Origin: Bdellovibrionota bacterium
GTDB taxonomy: Bacteria; Bdellovibrionota_G; JALEGL01; DATDPG01
Direction: 5' to 3'
Length of the DNA stretch: 64,000 bases
Assembly (NCBI GenBank): GCA_963668355.1
Contig: OY764265.1
Span: 1,664,001 to 1,728,000 of the forward strand
Of this stretch, positions 55,044-64,000 are shown piece after piece. Within the stretch, counting starts at the first letter, position 1. Each line of letters opens with the position of its first letter. The notes beneath the pieces are model-generated. The model was not told the DNA's origin, searched no databases, and saw nothing but the letters and a program-made list of their open reading frames with translations. Both the position numbers and the translations under genes were made by a program.

Positions 55044-56258
55044 TTGGTTTGCGTGTTGGCCGAAGGATTTTTCTCCGGTTCTGAAATGGCGGTTGTGTCC
55101 GTGAATCGCGGCCATCTTAGGCATTTGGTTGAGAAGGGCGTGAAGAGCGCAAAAATGTTGGATCGCGCCTTGGCCCGTCCCGAATGGTTTCTCGGAACCA
55201 CACTCTTGGGAACCAATCTGTCCACGATTACACTTAATGTTGTGGCAACGCTGTTTGTGGTTCGTCGGTTTGGTGAAGAGTATGAATTTTATACCTTGCT
55301 GATTACGGCCCCTCTGATTCTCATCTTCGGGGAGGTGTTGCCAAAAGTCATTTATCAACGATTTGCAGACGTGTTGGCGGTGAAATTGATTTTCCCACTG
55401 CGTGTGATTGGATGGTTTTTCGCTCCCGTCGTTTTCATTTTATCTCGCGTCTCGTCGTTTTTCAGCGGCTTGACCTCCAAAGAAAAATCGCCTGTTTTTA
55501 CACGCGAAGAACTTCAGCTCATGTTTTCTGTAAAAACAAATCGTTCGAAAATGAAAGAGCTGGAACAACAAATGATCGATCGGATTTTTTCTTTCTCAGA
55601 TCGAATGGCCAAAGACGTCATGATTCCTTTGGTTAATGTGGTTTCTATCCGTGACGATGCTTCGGTTCGACATGCCACGGTCGTAATGAGGAGAAGTGGT
55701 TTCAGTCGCATTCCAGTTTATGGGGATCGTGTGTTCGATATTGTGGGATGGGTGAGCCAAGCGGATCTTTTATTCGAGAAGGACAAGACGAAGCGGGTTG
55801 CCCAAATCATGCGTAAGGTTCGGTTTGTTCCCGAGACCATGATGATGGATCGTCTTTTGCTCAGTATGCAACGTCGAGGAGATAGCCTTGCGGTCGTTGT
55901 GGATGAGTACGGGGGTGGAATTGGTCTGATTACCATGGAAGACATTTTGGAAGAAGTTGTGGGAGAAGTGGAGGACGAGTTTGATCAGGATGAAAAGATG
56001 ATCGAAAGGCTTTCCTCACACCACTTAAAGGTAAATGCCCGCGTATCGATCTTAGAGATCAACGAGAAACTTCCAACCAAAATTCCGGAAGGCGAATATG
56101 AGACGTTGGGAGGTTTTCTTCAAATGAAACTTCAGCGAATGCCTCAAGAGGGGGATTCAGTTTTGATTGGGGGCAGCCAGATTCGTGTGATTGACGCGAC
56201 CGAACGGAGCGTGGAGTGCTGTGAAATTTTTCTCTCCAGAAAGTTTGCAAGGGAGTAG
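55044..56258 (+). CDS. CNNM/DUF21-CBS-CorC membrane protein (start uncertain)
   Basis: FFSGSE, GEVLPK, FSRIPV, VVDEYGG and YETLGG motifs. Confidence 0.9.
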   Translation: MVCVLAEGFFSGSEMAVVSVNRGHLRHLVEKGVKSAKMLDRALARPEWFLGTTLLGTNLSTITLNVVATLFVVRRFGEEYEFYTLLITAPLILIFGEVLPKVIYQRFADVLAVKLIFPLRVIGWFFAPVVFILSRVSSFFSGLTSKEKSPVFTREELQLMFSVKTNRSKMKELEQQMIDRIFSFSDRMAKDVMIPLVNVVSIRDDASVRHATVVMRRSGFSRIPVYGDRVFDIVGWVSQADLLFEKDKTKRVAQIMRKVRFVPETMMMDRLLLSMQRRGDSLAVVVDEYGGGIGLITMEDILEEVVGEVEDEFDQDEKMIERLSSHHLKVNARVSILEINEKLPTKIPEGEYETLGGFLQMKLQRMPQEGDSVLIGGSQIRVIDATERSVECCEIFLSRKFARE

Positions 56259-56314
56259 AAAATTGAAACTGGACACTAGCCTCGAACGGAAATTAGTGGC
56301 ATAAAAATAAGCAC

Positions 56315-56668
56315 ATGACAGAAAAGGACTCAGAGCGAAGAAAACATGTCCGAATATTGGTCCGTGTCCTGGTGGATTTTGAAAGTCCAGACACGTACCT
56401 TTATGACTATTCAAGCAATTTGAGTGAGGGTGGAATCTTCATTGAAACTGACACCCCCTCTCCGGTTGGAACGGAGCTGACATTGCGCTTTACCCTCCCC
56501 GGTTTGGATCGGGTGTTTGAAGCCAAGAGCGTCATTCGTTGGCTCAATCAGGCGGGTGAAAATGGCAATCATCCGGTTCCTTCCTTGGGGCCTGGAATGG
56601 GGATTGAGTTTCTTGAGATGGAACCGGCCGATAAAGATCTGATTAAAAGTTTTATTCAGGATAAATAG
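56315..56668 (+). CDS. PilZ-domain protein (TIGR02266-like)
   Basis: ERRKHVR, NLSEGGIFIET and GMGIEF motifs. Confidence 0.88.
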   Translation: MTEKDSERRKHVRILVRVLVDFESPDTYLYDYSSNLSEGGIFIETDTPSPVGTELTLRFTLPGLDRVFEAKSVIRWLNQAGENGNHPVPSLGPGMGIEFLEMEPADKDLIKSFIQDK

Positions 56669-56676
56669 ATTCGCAC

Positions 56677-56958
56677 TTATTGTCCGCAGCCTTCGCCACC
56701 GGGATTATACGAACATTCCAGACATTTTCGCCAGCTACCATAGCGTCGCGTGCATTCGTCCCGCCCCATTTCAATATTGGGTGTTGTGGGCGCAGGGTCG
56801 TTCGCGCCTGCATTGAGGAAGGGGCAGGGGTTGACTCCATTGGCGTCGGCTCCAACGACGGCTTGATTTAAGGCCGCATAACCGTCGGCCGCAAAGCCAG
56901 GAGAAGCCAGGCCAAGTGCCATGAAGACGACTGTGAGTGTGAAGATAACGCGTCGCAT
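56677..56958 (-). CDS. Small secreted Cys-containing protein
   Basis: Signal peptide ending GFA; five Cys in the mature part. Confidence 0.6.
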   Translation of the reverse strand: MRRVIFTLTVVFMALGLASPGFAADGYAALNQAVVGADANGVNPCPFLNAGANDPAPTTPNIEMGRDECTRRYGSWRKCLECSYNPGGEGCGQ

Positions 56959-57011
56959 CTACCCTTATTATACGACGTTTGGCCCCCCGGTGTCCATGCC
57001 CAAAATTAGAG

Positions 57012-57905
57012 CTAAATATCTATAGTTATTATCTTTTTTATCCATAAAGCCCCGATTGTCTGAAACAAAAGCATCACCCCGATGAGGATCCATCCGGGCT
57101 TGGATGAAAACAAAGGTTCCAGGAATCCGGGGTTAAAAACGTAGAGCAAGAGGCCCAGAACGAAGGGCATGAGAATGAGCAAGAGACCTTGCATTTTCCC
57201 TTGTTGAGTCATGGCGTTGATTTTGCCGTCTACTTTTCTCCTTTCCCGGATCGTGGAGGCAATGACATCAAAGGTTTCGCTCAAATCTCCGCCGGTTTCT
57301 CGAAGGATCAGAATGGAATGAATGGCAATGCGGAGATCTTGACTGGGAAGTCTCTCAGCCATTTTCCCCAGAGCTTCATCGATGGTCAGCCCAAGTTTTT
57401 CTTGGGAAAGCACCAAGCCAAATTCTTGAGAAAGAGGGGTTGGCATCTCGCGCACGAGGGTCTGAATGACTTGGTTCAGATTCAATCCAGACTTGATGGA
57501 ATTGGACATGAGGTTCAAGCCGTCGATGAGTTGGCGATCAAATAGTCCCAAACGCCGCTGCCATTGAAGTGTAATGAAGATTCGAGGGAGAAAATAGCCA
57601 AAGCAGCCGAAGAGAAGTGTGATGAAAAAGGTGACGGAACCCTGCCCACTCGCGAGAAAAAGGCCCAGTGCAGCCAAGACCAGTGGGGGAATGAGGGTTA
57701 AAAGCAAGGCCCTTCGAGGAGGAATGGGTTTGAACATACGCTCGTATATGTCGAGCGTCCATCGAACCCGTGCCTGGATGGTAGAGGTGATGACTTTTTC
57801 CAGAAGAGGGTAGAGGAAGAAACCCAGTCCGGCAAAAGCCAAGCCCAACATGAGGACGGCCGCGTAACCAAACAATCCTTCTCGGGTAAATGTGAAAAAA
57901 TCCAT
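57012..57905 (-). CDS. tadB: Tad pilus inner-membrane platform protein
   Basis: QLIDGL...KSG, ETGGDL and IRER...I.AMT.QG motifs. Confidence 0.9.
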   Translation of the reverse strand: MDFFTFTREGLFGYAAVLMLGLAFAGLGFFLYPLLEKVITSTIQARVRWTLDIYERMFKPIPPRRALLLTLIPPLVLAALGLFLASGQGSVTFFITLLFGCFGYFLPRIFITLQWQRRLGLFDRQLIDGLNLMSNSIKSGLNLNQVIQTLVREMPTPLSQEFGLVLSQEKLGLTIDEALGKMAERLPSQDLRIAIHSILILRETGGDLSETFDVIASTIRERRKVDGKINAMTQQGKMQGLLLILMPFVLGLLLYVFNPGFLEPLFSSKPGWILIGVMLLFQTIGALWIKKIITIDI

Positions 57906-57912
57906 GGTTTGT

Positions 57913-60048
57913 TTAGCCCCCCATTAGGCTTTTGGGGAGGGCGATGCCTTTCTCTTTAAAAATTTCCGTAAACGAAGGAACCAGGCCCGTAGCCAAATAC
58001 GTTCCCTGCACATTCCCGGAAGCATCCACGCCTTTTTGGCGGAACAGAAAAATGTCTTGAACATTGATTTCGCCATTTTGTCCGCTGGCCACTTCACTTA
58101 CAGCCGTGACTTTTCGTGTTCCGTCACTCATTCGTGTGAGCTGTACAATGAGCTGGATGGCTCCGGCAATTTGCTCTCGGATGGCTCTGGAAGGAAGATC
58201 TAATCCGGCAAACATTACCAGGGTTTCTAGGCGCGTGAGGCAATCCCGAGGCGAGTTGGAATGAATGGTGGTCATGGAACCATCGTGGCCCGTGTTCATC
58301 GCTTGAAGCATATCCAAGGCTTCTGCTCCTCGACATTCTCCCACGATGATTCGGTCCGGGCGCATTCGTAAGGTGTTTCGAACCAATTCACGAATGGGGA
58401 TGGCTCCTTCGCCCTGAAGATTGGGAGGACGGGCTTCTAATCGTCCCACATGTTCTTGCGGCAATTTTAGCTCGGCGGCATCTTCCACTGTCAGAATACG
58501 TTCGTTGGAAGGAATGAAGCTGGACAAAACATTGAGAAGCGTGGTTTTTCCGGTTCCGGTTCCTCCCGAGATGAGAATGTTCAGTCGGGCTTGAACACAT
58601 GCGCGCAAAAAATCGGAAATTTCCGTTGTGAGTGCTCCCAAAGAAACAAGTTGTTCCGGTCCCAAAATTTTTCCACTAAATTTTCGAATGGTCAGCATGG
58701 GGCCGTCCATGGCCAAGGGAGGGATGATGGCATGGACGCGGGATCCATCACGCAAGCGTGCGTCGACCATGGGGGTTTTTTCGTCAATGCGTCTTCCGAC
58801 CGGGGCCACAATTCGTTCAATGACGCCCAGCAAATGTTTGTTGCTGGTAAAGCGATACGGGGAGAGTGTGAGCCTTCCGTTTTGCTCCACATAGATTTGA
58901 TCTTTTCGATTGACCAAGATTTCTGAAATGGACGACTCGGCCAAGAGATCTTCCAAGGGCCCCAAGCCCAAGGCTTCATCCAAAACTTCTTTGCATACTT
59001 TTTGTCGTTCCTCGCGAGAGGAAATTTCCGGCATTTGGTCAATGATACGGAGGATGACTTCGCGGGTTTTAGCGCGTAAATCAGAAAGCGACTTTTCATC
59101 TTGTCGGTTCAGCTCTTCGGGAGAAAGTTGTCTGAAATCCATCTGTTCAATCAATCTTTGATGGATGCGCATTCGGAGATCCGCCTGTCGATCTTCTTCT
59201 TCCGAAAAGGCTTTGGGGGAAGGGGTCGAATCAGAAGAAGTCAGAGAGGTCTTGGTTTCTTCGACCACTCCGGCCGTTTCCAATCGATGTCCTTTGGTCG
59301 GTTTCAAGAGACCTTGGGTGAGAATCACACGGGCGAGATCTTCGATGACAACGCTGTAATTAGCTCGTGGATGCAATTGGAACAAGGGAACCGCCTCTTG
59401 TATGGAATTGGCAATTTCCTCGGGATCTTGCGGAAGGAGGGCCAAGCAATCTCGCTTAAGTTTTTGTTGAACCATGCCTTCTGTGATGGGACTGTCTGGG
59501 TTAAATTGATTCAAAACAATTTGGATCAAATCACTCGGAAACGCCATGTTTTGGAAGTCGGCCAACGATTGAACGGATCGGTGGATGGGAAGGAGTTCCG
59601 GGAGCGTGCAAAATAAAATAAGAGAAGACTTCTCAAAGGCTTTTACATTGAAGGGATGAATCTGACTGCCACAATCCACAATCACAAACGAAAACATGGT
59701 TTGAGCGTATTGAAGAATTCGCTCGACTTGAATGGACTCAACCTGACTGACTTGACTCAAGTCCCTGGCTCCGGGCAATAGCGGAACGGAATCTTTTCCT
59801 GCGTTTACCAACGCATGTTCAAATAGTTGTCGATTCAATTTGTGACTATGGGGAGCCAAATCGGCCAATGAACTTTTGGGCGTTTGTCCCAGAAGAAGAG
59901 CCATGTCTCCTGTGTCTGAAGGATCCAAATCGACTAGAAGTGTTTCTTTCCGACTCACGCGAGCCAAAGCGTAGGCTAGATTGGTCGCCAACAGCGTTTT
60001 TCCAACGCCACCTTTCGGCCCATAGACACAAATAGTGAAGGCTGCCAT
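57913..60048 (-). CDS. cpaF: Fused CpaE/TadZ (MinD-like) and CpaF/TadA secretion ATPase
   Basis: N-terminal GPKGGVGKT; C-terminal GGTGTGKTT, LRMRPDRIIVGECRG and AMNTGHDGS. Confidence 0.92.
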   Translation of the reverse strand: MAAFTICVYGPKGGVGKTLLATNLAYALARVSRKETLLVDLDPSDTGDMALLLGQTPKSSLADLAPHSHKLNRQLFEHALVNAGKDSVPLLPGARDLSQVSQVESIQVERILQYAQTMFSFVIVDCGSQIHPFNVKAFEKSSLILFCTLPELLPIHRSVQSLADFQNMAFPSDLIQIVLNQFNPDSPITEGMVQQKLKRDCLALLPQDPEEIANSIQEAVPLFQLHPRANYSVVIEDLARVILTQGLLKPTKGHRLETAGVVEETKTSLTSSDSTPSPKAFSEEEDRQADLRMRIHQRLIEQMDFRQLSPEELNRQDEKSLSDLRAKTREVILRIIDQMPEISSREERQKVCKEVLDEALGLGPLEDLLAESSISEILVNRKDQIYVEQNGRLTLSPYRFTSNKHLLGVIERIVAPVGRRIDEKTPMVDARLRDGSRVHAIIPPLAMDGPMLTIRKFSGKILGPEQLVSLGALTTEISDFLRACVQARLNILISGGTGTGKTTLLNVLSSFIPSNERILTVEDAAELKLPQEHVGRLEARPPNLQGEGAIPIRELVRNTLRMRPDRIIVGECRGAEALDMLQAMNTGHDGSMTTIHSNSPRDCLTRLETLVMFAGLDLPSRAIREQIAGAIQLIVQLTRMSDGTRKVTAVSEVASGQNGEINVQDIFLFRQKGVDASGNVQGTYLATGLVPSFTEIFKEKGIALPKSLMGG

Positions 60049-60052
60049 GGCT

Positions 60053-61564
60053 TTACTCCGCAGAGCCTCCTTGTCCTGGGCTCCCAGAAGATTTCACGTT
60101 CTCCGGATACACTTCATAGAGATTGAATTGGTCTTTGATCTCTCGATTGGCGTCTTTCGCAAATTGAAGAATTTTCGGCGTGATGAAGATCAAGAACTGA
60201 CTTTTGTTTTTGGCTTCGTCATTTCCTGAAAAGAGTGTGAATAGGGATCCTAGAGGAAAAGGATCTTCTACCGCTTCAAACGTGCTGGTTGGAACACTTG
60301 AGTCACTTTGTGTTTGGGAATTGGGTTTGTCGATGGCTTTTCGGTTGGAATATCGAACGAGTCCGCCGATAACGACAGATTCCCCGGATCGGACAAATTG
60401 GGAAGTGTGAACGGAGCTGCTCGAGATGGCCACGCCTCCTGTAACTTCCGGAGATCCGAGTGAGCTAACCTGTACGTCGATGTCCAAATCAATTTCGCTT
60501 CCACGGGCGAAAGGACGAATGGTCAGTTCGGCTCCGACATCTTGGAAGTCCAAAGAGACCACGCCATTTTGTTGAACGGTTGGAAATCCGATGCGCGTTC
60601 CACTTTTGATGATGGCTTCATCTCCACTGGTCACGGAGACCGAAGGATTTTCCAATACACGTGCAACTCCGAGGGCGCGGTAATAGTTTAGTTTGGGAAG
60701 AATGTCTGTAGCAGAAGCGGTGAGAGCACCTGTAAAGTTGTTGCTTCCTGAGAGCGGGTTGATGGTGTAGTTGAGCGAGGTGCCGATACCGGGAATGGGG
60801 TTCCAACGAAAATTGATGTGTTTGGCGTAGTTTTTCGCCATCTCGACAAAGTGTGCCGTCACCTGAATCGTGGGTTTCCGATTGGGAGGCTCAGGAAGTT
60901 GACGAATCTCCAACACATTTAAGACTCTGTCGGAATAGAGCTTGGCAATTTTTTCCGCTTTTGCAAAAGATTGTTGAGAATAAACTTCTCCTTCCAAGAT
61001 GATTCTGCCTTTCAAGGCGCGAACCGAAACCTCATCCATTCCAATTTCTTTTTCAATTTTCTTGGCAATGATGGTGTTGGTGTCTGGGTTCAGACGCGTC
61101 AAGTCAATGATGTTCTTCGCGTTCCCTTTGACCTTCTGAATGCGTTCCTTGTCCGAGGGGATGATGAGTTCGCCATCGATGATGATCTTGTCGTCCATCC
61201 GCTTGATTTCAATGCCCTCAACATCAATTAATAATTGCCGGACCTGACTTAAAAGCTTTTCGGGATCACTTGGATAAACGGTCAACTCAATGGTGTCTCG
61301 TTCTTTCCCTTTGTGATCGTAGATGATGAGCAAGGTGCTTCCGACGGACTTGGGAATCAGAGCGACTCGATTTCGTTTTCGATCAGCCTTAAAGTCGACC
61401 ACCGCCGGATTTCCAATGGTGATATTTCCAATCTTATAGCTTCGCTTTAATACGCGAGGTTGGTTGATGACCAAATACTCTTTTCGTTGCGCAGAATGTC
61501 CCATCGATGGAAGCATCCATACGAATGTGAAAAGAAACAGAAGAAGTAAGCTTGCCCGTTTCAT
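60053..61564 (-). CDS. cpaC: Tad secretin CpaC/RcpA with BON domain
   Basis: Signal peptide; IGNPAVVD; SGESVVIGGL; LIFITPKI. Confidence 0.88.
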   Translation of the reverse strand: MKRASLLLLFLFTFVWMLPSMGHSAQRKEYLVINQPRVLKRSYKIGNITIGNPAVVDFKADRKRNRVALIPKSVGSTLLIIYDHKGKERDTIELTVYPSDPEKLLSQVRQLLIDVEGIEIKRMDDKIIIDGELIIPSDKERIQKVKGNAKNIIDLTRLNPDTNTIIAKKIEKEIGMDEVSVRALKGRIILEGEVYSQQSFAKAEKIAKLYSDRVLNVLEIRQLPEPPNRKPTIQVTAHFVEMAKNYAKHINFRWNPIPGIGTSLNYTINPLSGSNNFTGALTASATDILPKLNYYRALGVARVLENPSVSVTSGDEAIIKSGTRIGFPTVQQNGVVSLDFQDVGAELTIRPFARGSEIDLDIDVQVSSLGSPEVTGGVAISSSSVHTSQFVRSGESVVIGGLVRYSNRKAIDKPNSQTQSDSSVPTSTFEAVEDPFPLGSLFTLFSGNDEAKNKSQFLIFITPKILQFAKDANREIKDQFNLYEVYPENVKSSGSPGQGGSAE

Positions 61565-61576
61565 GGTTTTTTCTCC

Positions 61577-62422
61577 CTATGGCACCATCATCGTTTGATT
61601 TCCTCGCAACTCCATCCAACGGGGACGACGAGAAATTTCAATTTTTTGTTTGATGCCTGTAACCGACTGTGTCGTGCTGTGTTCCTCTTTGAGAGAGGGA
61701 TCCTCCTCGCCACCGAAACGATTTAAGTAGGATCGAAGCGAAAGTGAAAGTGTGCCCACCTGTTGGGCAACGGCCAAATCCATGCACTCTCTGGGCGTGG
61801 CTGCAATGGTGATGTTGGAAAAACTCATGATTTGAGGAGAGGCCGTGAGTGCCTTGCTTCTTTTCTCGGGCATGGCCCCATCGAACATATAGTTTTTTCC
61901 CACCGATAGAACTTGATGATTTTGGAAAAGCGTCATGGTTTGCACGCTATTGGCCAGATTCGTTTTTTCGTCCAGAGTTTTGAATGTGGCCAAAATGTCA
62001 ATGTGATCCCCCGGTCGGATCAGGCCAGCAACCCCCGAAATTTCATTCACAGGAATGGTGCACGCCCGTGAGTTTTCATCGATTTCCAAAGAGATGCGAC
62101 TTTCTCCAGGTTTGGAGATCTTTGTGAGGGTGATTTGCCCTCCTTGTTTAATGGTTGTATCCGCCCGGTACCCCAAGACAATTCCCAGATCAGTTTCATC
62201 CAATGCATCCGGTTCTTTAAACGCTTTGGGAATTTTTTTCTTCGCCAGCATGGTTTCATCGATGAGCTGGTAACGTGGAATATCCGTTTTTGCGATGAGA
62301 ATGATTTCCTCGCCATATTTATCTTTCCAGTAGGTTTCTTTGCTCGATACATAGAGAACCAACAAGAGAGCGGCACTCAAACCAAAGACAGTTGCAAAAA
62401 GGAGGGCGCGACGATTTTTCAC
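61577..62422 (-). CDS. cpaB: Flp pilus assembly protein CpaB/RcpC
   Basis: AKTDIP (SAF domain), GVAGLIRPGDHIDIL and GTLSLSLR motifs. Confidence 0.9.
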   Translation of the reverse strand: MKNRRALLFATVFGLSAALLLVLYVSSKETYWKDKYGEEIILIAKTDIPRYQLIDETMLAKKKIPKAFKEPDALDETDLGIVLGYRADTTIKQGGQITLTKISKPGESRISLEIDENSRACTIPVNEISGVAGLIRPGDHIDILATFKTLDEKTNLANSVQTMTLFQNHQVLSVGKNYMFDGAMPEKRSKALTASPQIMSFSNITIAATPRECMDLAVAQQVGTLSLSLRSYLNRFGGEEDPSLKEEHSTTQSVTGIKQKIEISRRPRWMELRGNQTMMVP

Positions 62423-62510
62423 GATATTTCTCCGAGTTTCATGGATGCGTTATGGCCCTGTTTGGGTCGGGCCTTAAACTCTGTAAGTGTACAGAACGAA
62501 AGGGAAATTC

Positions 62511-63017
62511 TCAAGATTGCTCCCCAAAAAGATGCCGGCCAATTGCGGTGGTCATCTTGTCCCAAAAGGATTTTTTTTCGGGTTTGTAATTTTTGCGCTG
62601 ATGAAGTTGTCGTTTGAAGGCCAAGCGTTGAAGGAAGCTTGCCAGAGCAATTTGGCGGCGTATCCGCTCTTCTTGACCTCTTTTTTCTAGAATTTGAGCC
62701 AGTAAACGGGGGTTAAGGGCTTTTTCAACATAGTCCGAGATCGCGTCTCGGAGTTTTTCGTTGGCAGCCAAGTTCTTTGCAAATGACGCATATTCAGGAC
62801 TCTCCAGGACTTCTTGAATTTGCTCCTTTCGAAACCCCTGTTGTTCCAGAACGGCGGTCAAGTCATTGGCAGCTTTCCGTTGGACCATGGCCATGATGAA
62901 GGTTTCGGCTCGCCCTTTTTCAGATGAAGAGGGAAGAGATTCGTTTTCCTCGGCCAGCAGGGAAAAGGAAAGGGTGAAGGAAAGAACGAGAAGAAGTGCC
63001 AGCGTTGCTCGTTTCAT
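62511..63017 (-). CDS. Hypothetical secreted protein
   Basis: Signal peptide; ATGA-coupled to the upstream ORF. Confidence 0.6.
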   Translation of the reverse strand: MKRATLALLLVLSFTLSFSLLAEENESLPSSSEKGRAETFIMAMVQRKAANDLTAVLEQQGFRKEQIQEVLESPEYASFAKNLAANEKLRDAISDYVEKALNPRLLAQILEKRGQEERIRRQIALASFLQRLAFKRQLHQRKNYKPEKKSFWDKMTTAIGRHLFGEQS

Positions 63018-64000
63018 TGTGCTTCTCCTGCCCTGATTCGTTGTCCTTCACTGCCCAGGTATTGTCCCGTTTGTTCGAAAGACCAGGCACTTTGGCGAAT
63101 ATTTTCTTCCGCCATTTGGGCGACGTCATTGGATGTGCCGATTCCCAAGCCTTGTTTGATTCCGTTGACGGTCCATTGAGTGCCATCTTTAATCTTTTCA
63201 CCAAACCAGTTGGTGGTGTGGCCGGCAACCACAGTGGCCGTTGAATAAACCGCAGAATTAAGTGCTGCGGTTCCGATGGCTTGAGAATCTGCTCCGGTGG
63301 CCCAGGCTTTTCCGGCGCCGTAGGATGCTGTTGCGAGCGTTGAACGACTCCATTGTGCAGCCCAGTTTCCTTCTCCCGAAATGGCGCTGGTGGATTGTTG
63401 GCTGAAGAAAGCGCCATCGGCCCCGGCCACGGCCAAATCACCGATCTTGACGTTGGAGCCGTTTGTAATGACGGAAGACACAATTGCATTGGCGGCTCCA
63501 AATGATGCCGAGTTTCTGGGATCCGTCATTCCTCCACTTCCCGGAATGAATTCTGCCACGGTCCGCGTTTGAAATGCGTTGATGGCTGCGGACTTTCCAA
63601 CTTCCCCGAGATCGAAATCTCCTGTGATGATCCCTCCAGCAGCGCTAGTCAACGCCCCTCGTGCGGCGGCTGAAATGACCTCGTGACTTTGATCGGTCAA
63701 AAAGCCCTCAGCCGTGTTGGAGGCAAAAAGTCCTCCCATGGCCCCCGCTCCAGCAGCAGACCAGTCTCCCTCGGAACTTCCATAAGCTTGTGCACCGGCT
63801 TGGATGCCTGTTCCCAAGAGTTCATGCCATCCTCGTGATTCTCCTCCCGTGGTGCTGCTCGGATCGAATCCCCGAAGAATTTCAGAGGCCTGATTGGAAG
63901 AAGCGGAACCCACAACGCCCCCCCACATGGCGGCATCATGATCCCAAGATCCTGTGTTGACGTAATTCCGTAAACCCGTTCCAACATACCCACGGGCATA
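63014..64000 (-). CDS. Gly/Ala-rich repetitive protein, 5' partial
   Basis: Frame open to the window end; recurring G-D/N-W/F...AA..GA segments. Confidence 0.65.
   Translation of the reverse strand, partial: YARGYVGTGLRNYVNTGSWDHDAAMWGGVVGSASSNQASEILRGFDPSSTTGGESRGWHELLGTGIQAGAQAYGSSEGDWSAAGAGAMGGLFASNTAEGFLTDQSHEVISAAARGALTSAAGGIITGDFDLGEVGKSAAINAFQTRTVAEFIPGSGGMTDPRNSASFGAANAIVSSVITNGSNVKIGDLAVAGADGAFFSQQSTSAISGEGNWAAQWSRSTLATASYGAGKAWATGADSQAIGTAALNSAVYSTATVVAGHTTNWFGEKIKDGTQWTVNGIKQGLGIGTSNDVAQMAEENIRQSAWSFEQTGQYLGSEGQRIRAGEAQ

Overview
A 64 kb chromosomal window from a bacterium that looks like a former-Deltaproteobacteria lineage (Myxococcota/Bdellovibrionota-like). This placement is inferred from 16S signatures, MYXO-CTERM-like tails, a TIGR02266-like PilZ protein and the Tad locus; no database search was run. 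In order, it holds: two 4Fe-4S P-loop ATPases, a radical SAM enzyme and lgt; an ArsR-cydAB-CoA-persulfide reductase block; a cbb3 oxidase cluster; two surface-anchored secreted proteins around namZ and a probable selenocysteine rhodanese; a deacetylase/ATP-grasp, aminomutase and glycosyltransferase cluster; and a complete rRNA operon (16S-tRNAIle-tRNAAla-23S-5S). The operon is followed by 5S-derived tandem repeats and a direct-repeat-flanked nucleotidyltransferase module. The rest encodes a porin/binding-protein pair, tkt, an aminotransferase, a nematode-type T6PP, ferritin, an active plus a pseudo-enzyme glutamate dehydrogenase coupled to a PEP-synthase-like protein, tyrS, a DsbA-like protein, lon, two CNNM/CorC proteins, PilZ and part of a Tad pilus locus. 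The strongest candidates for new biology are the 5S-mimicking repeat array with its cargo, the UGA-recoded rhodanese, the GDH pseudo-enzyme operon and the putative beta-amino-acylation cluster. All product calls come from motif recognition by eye.
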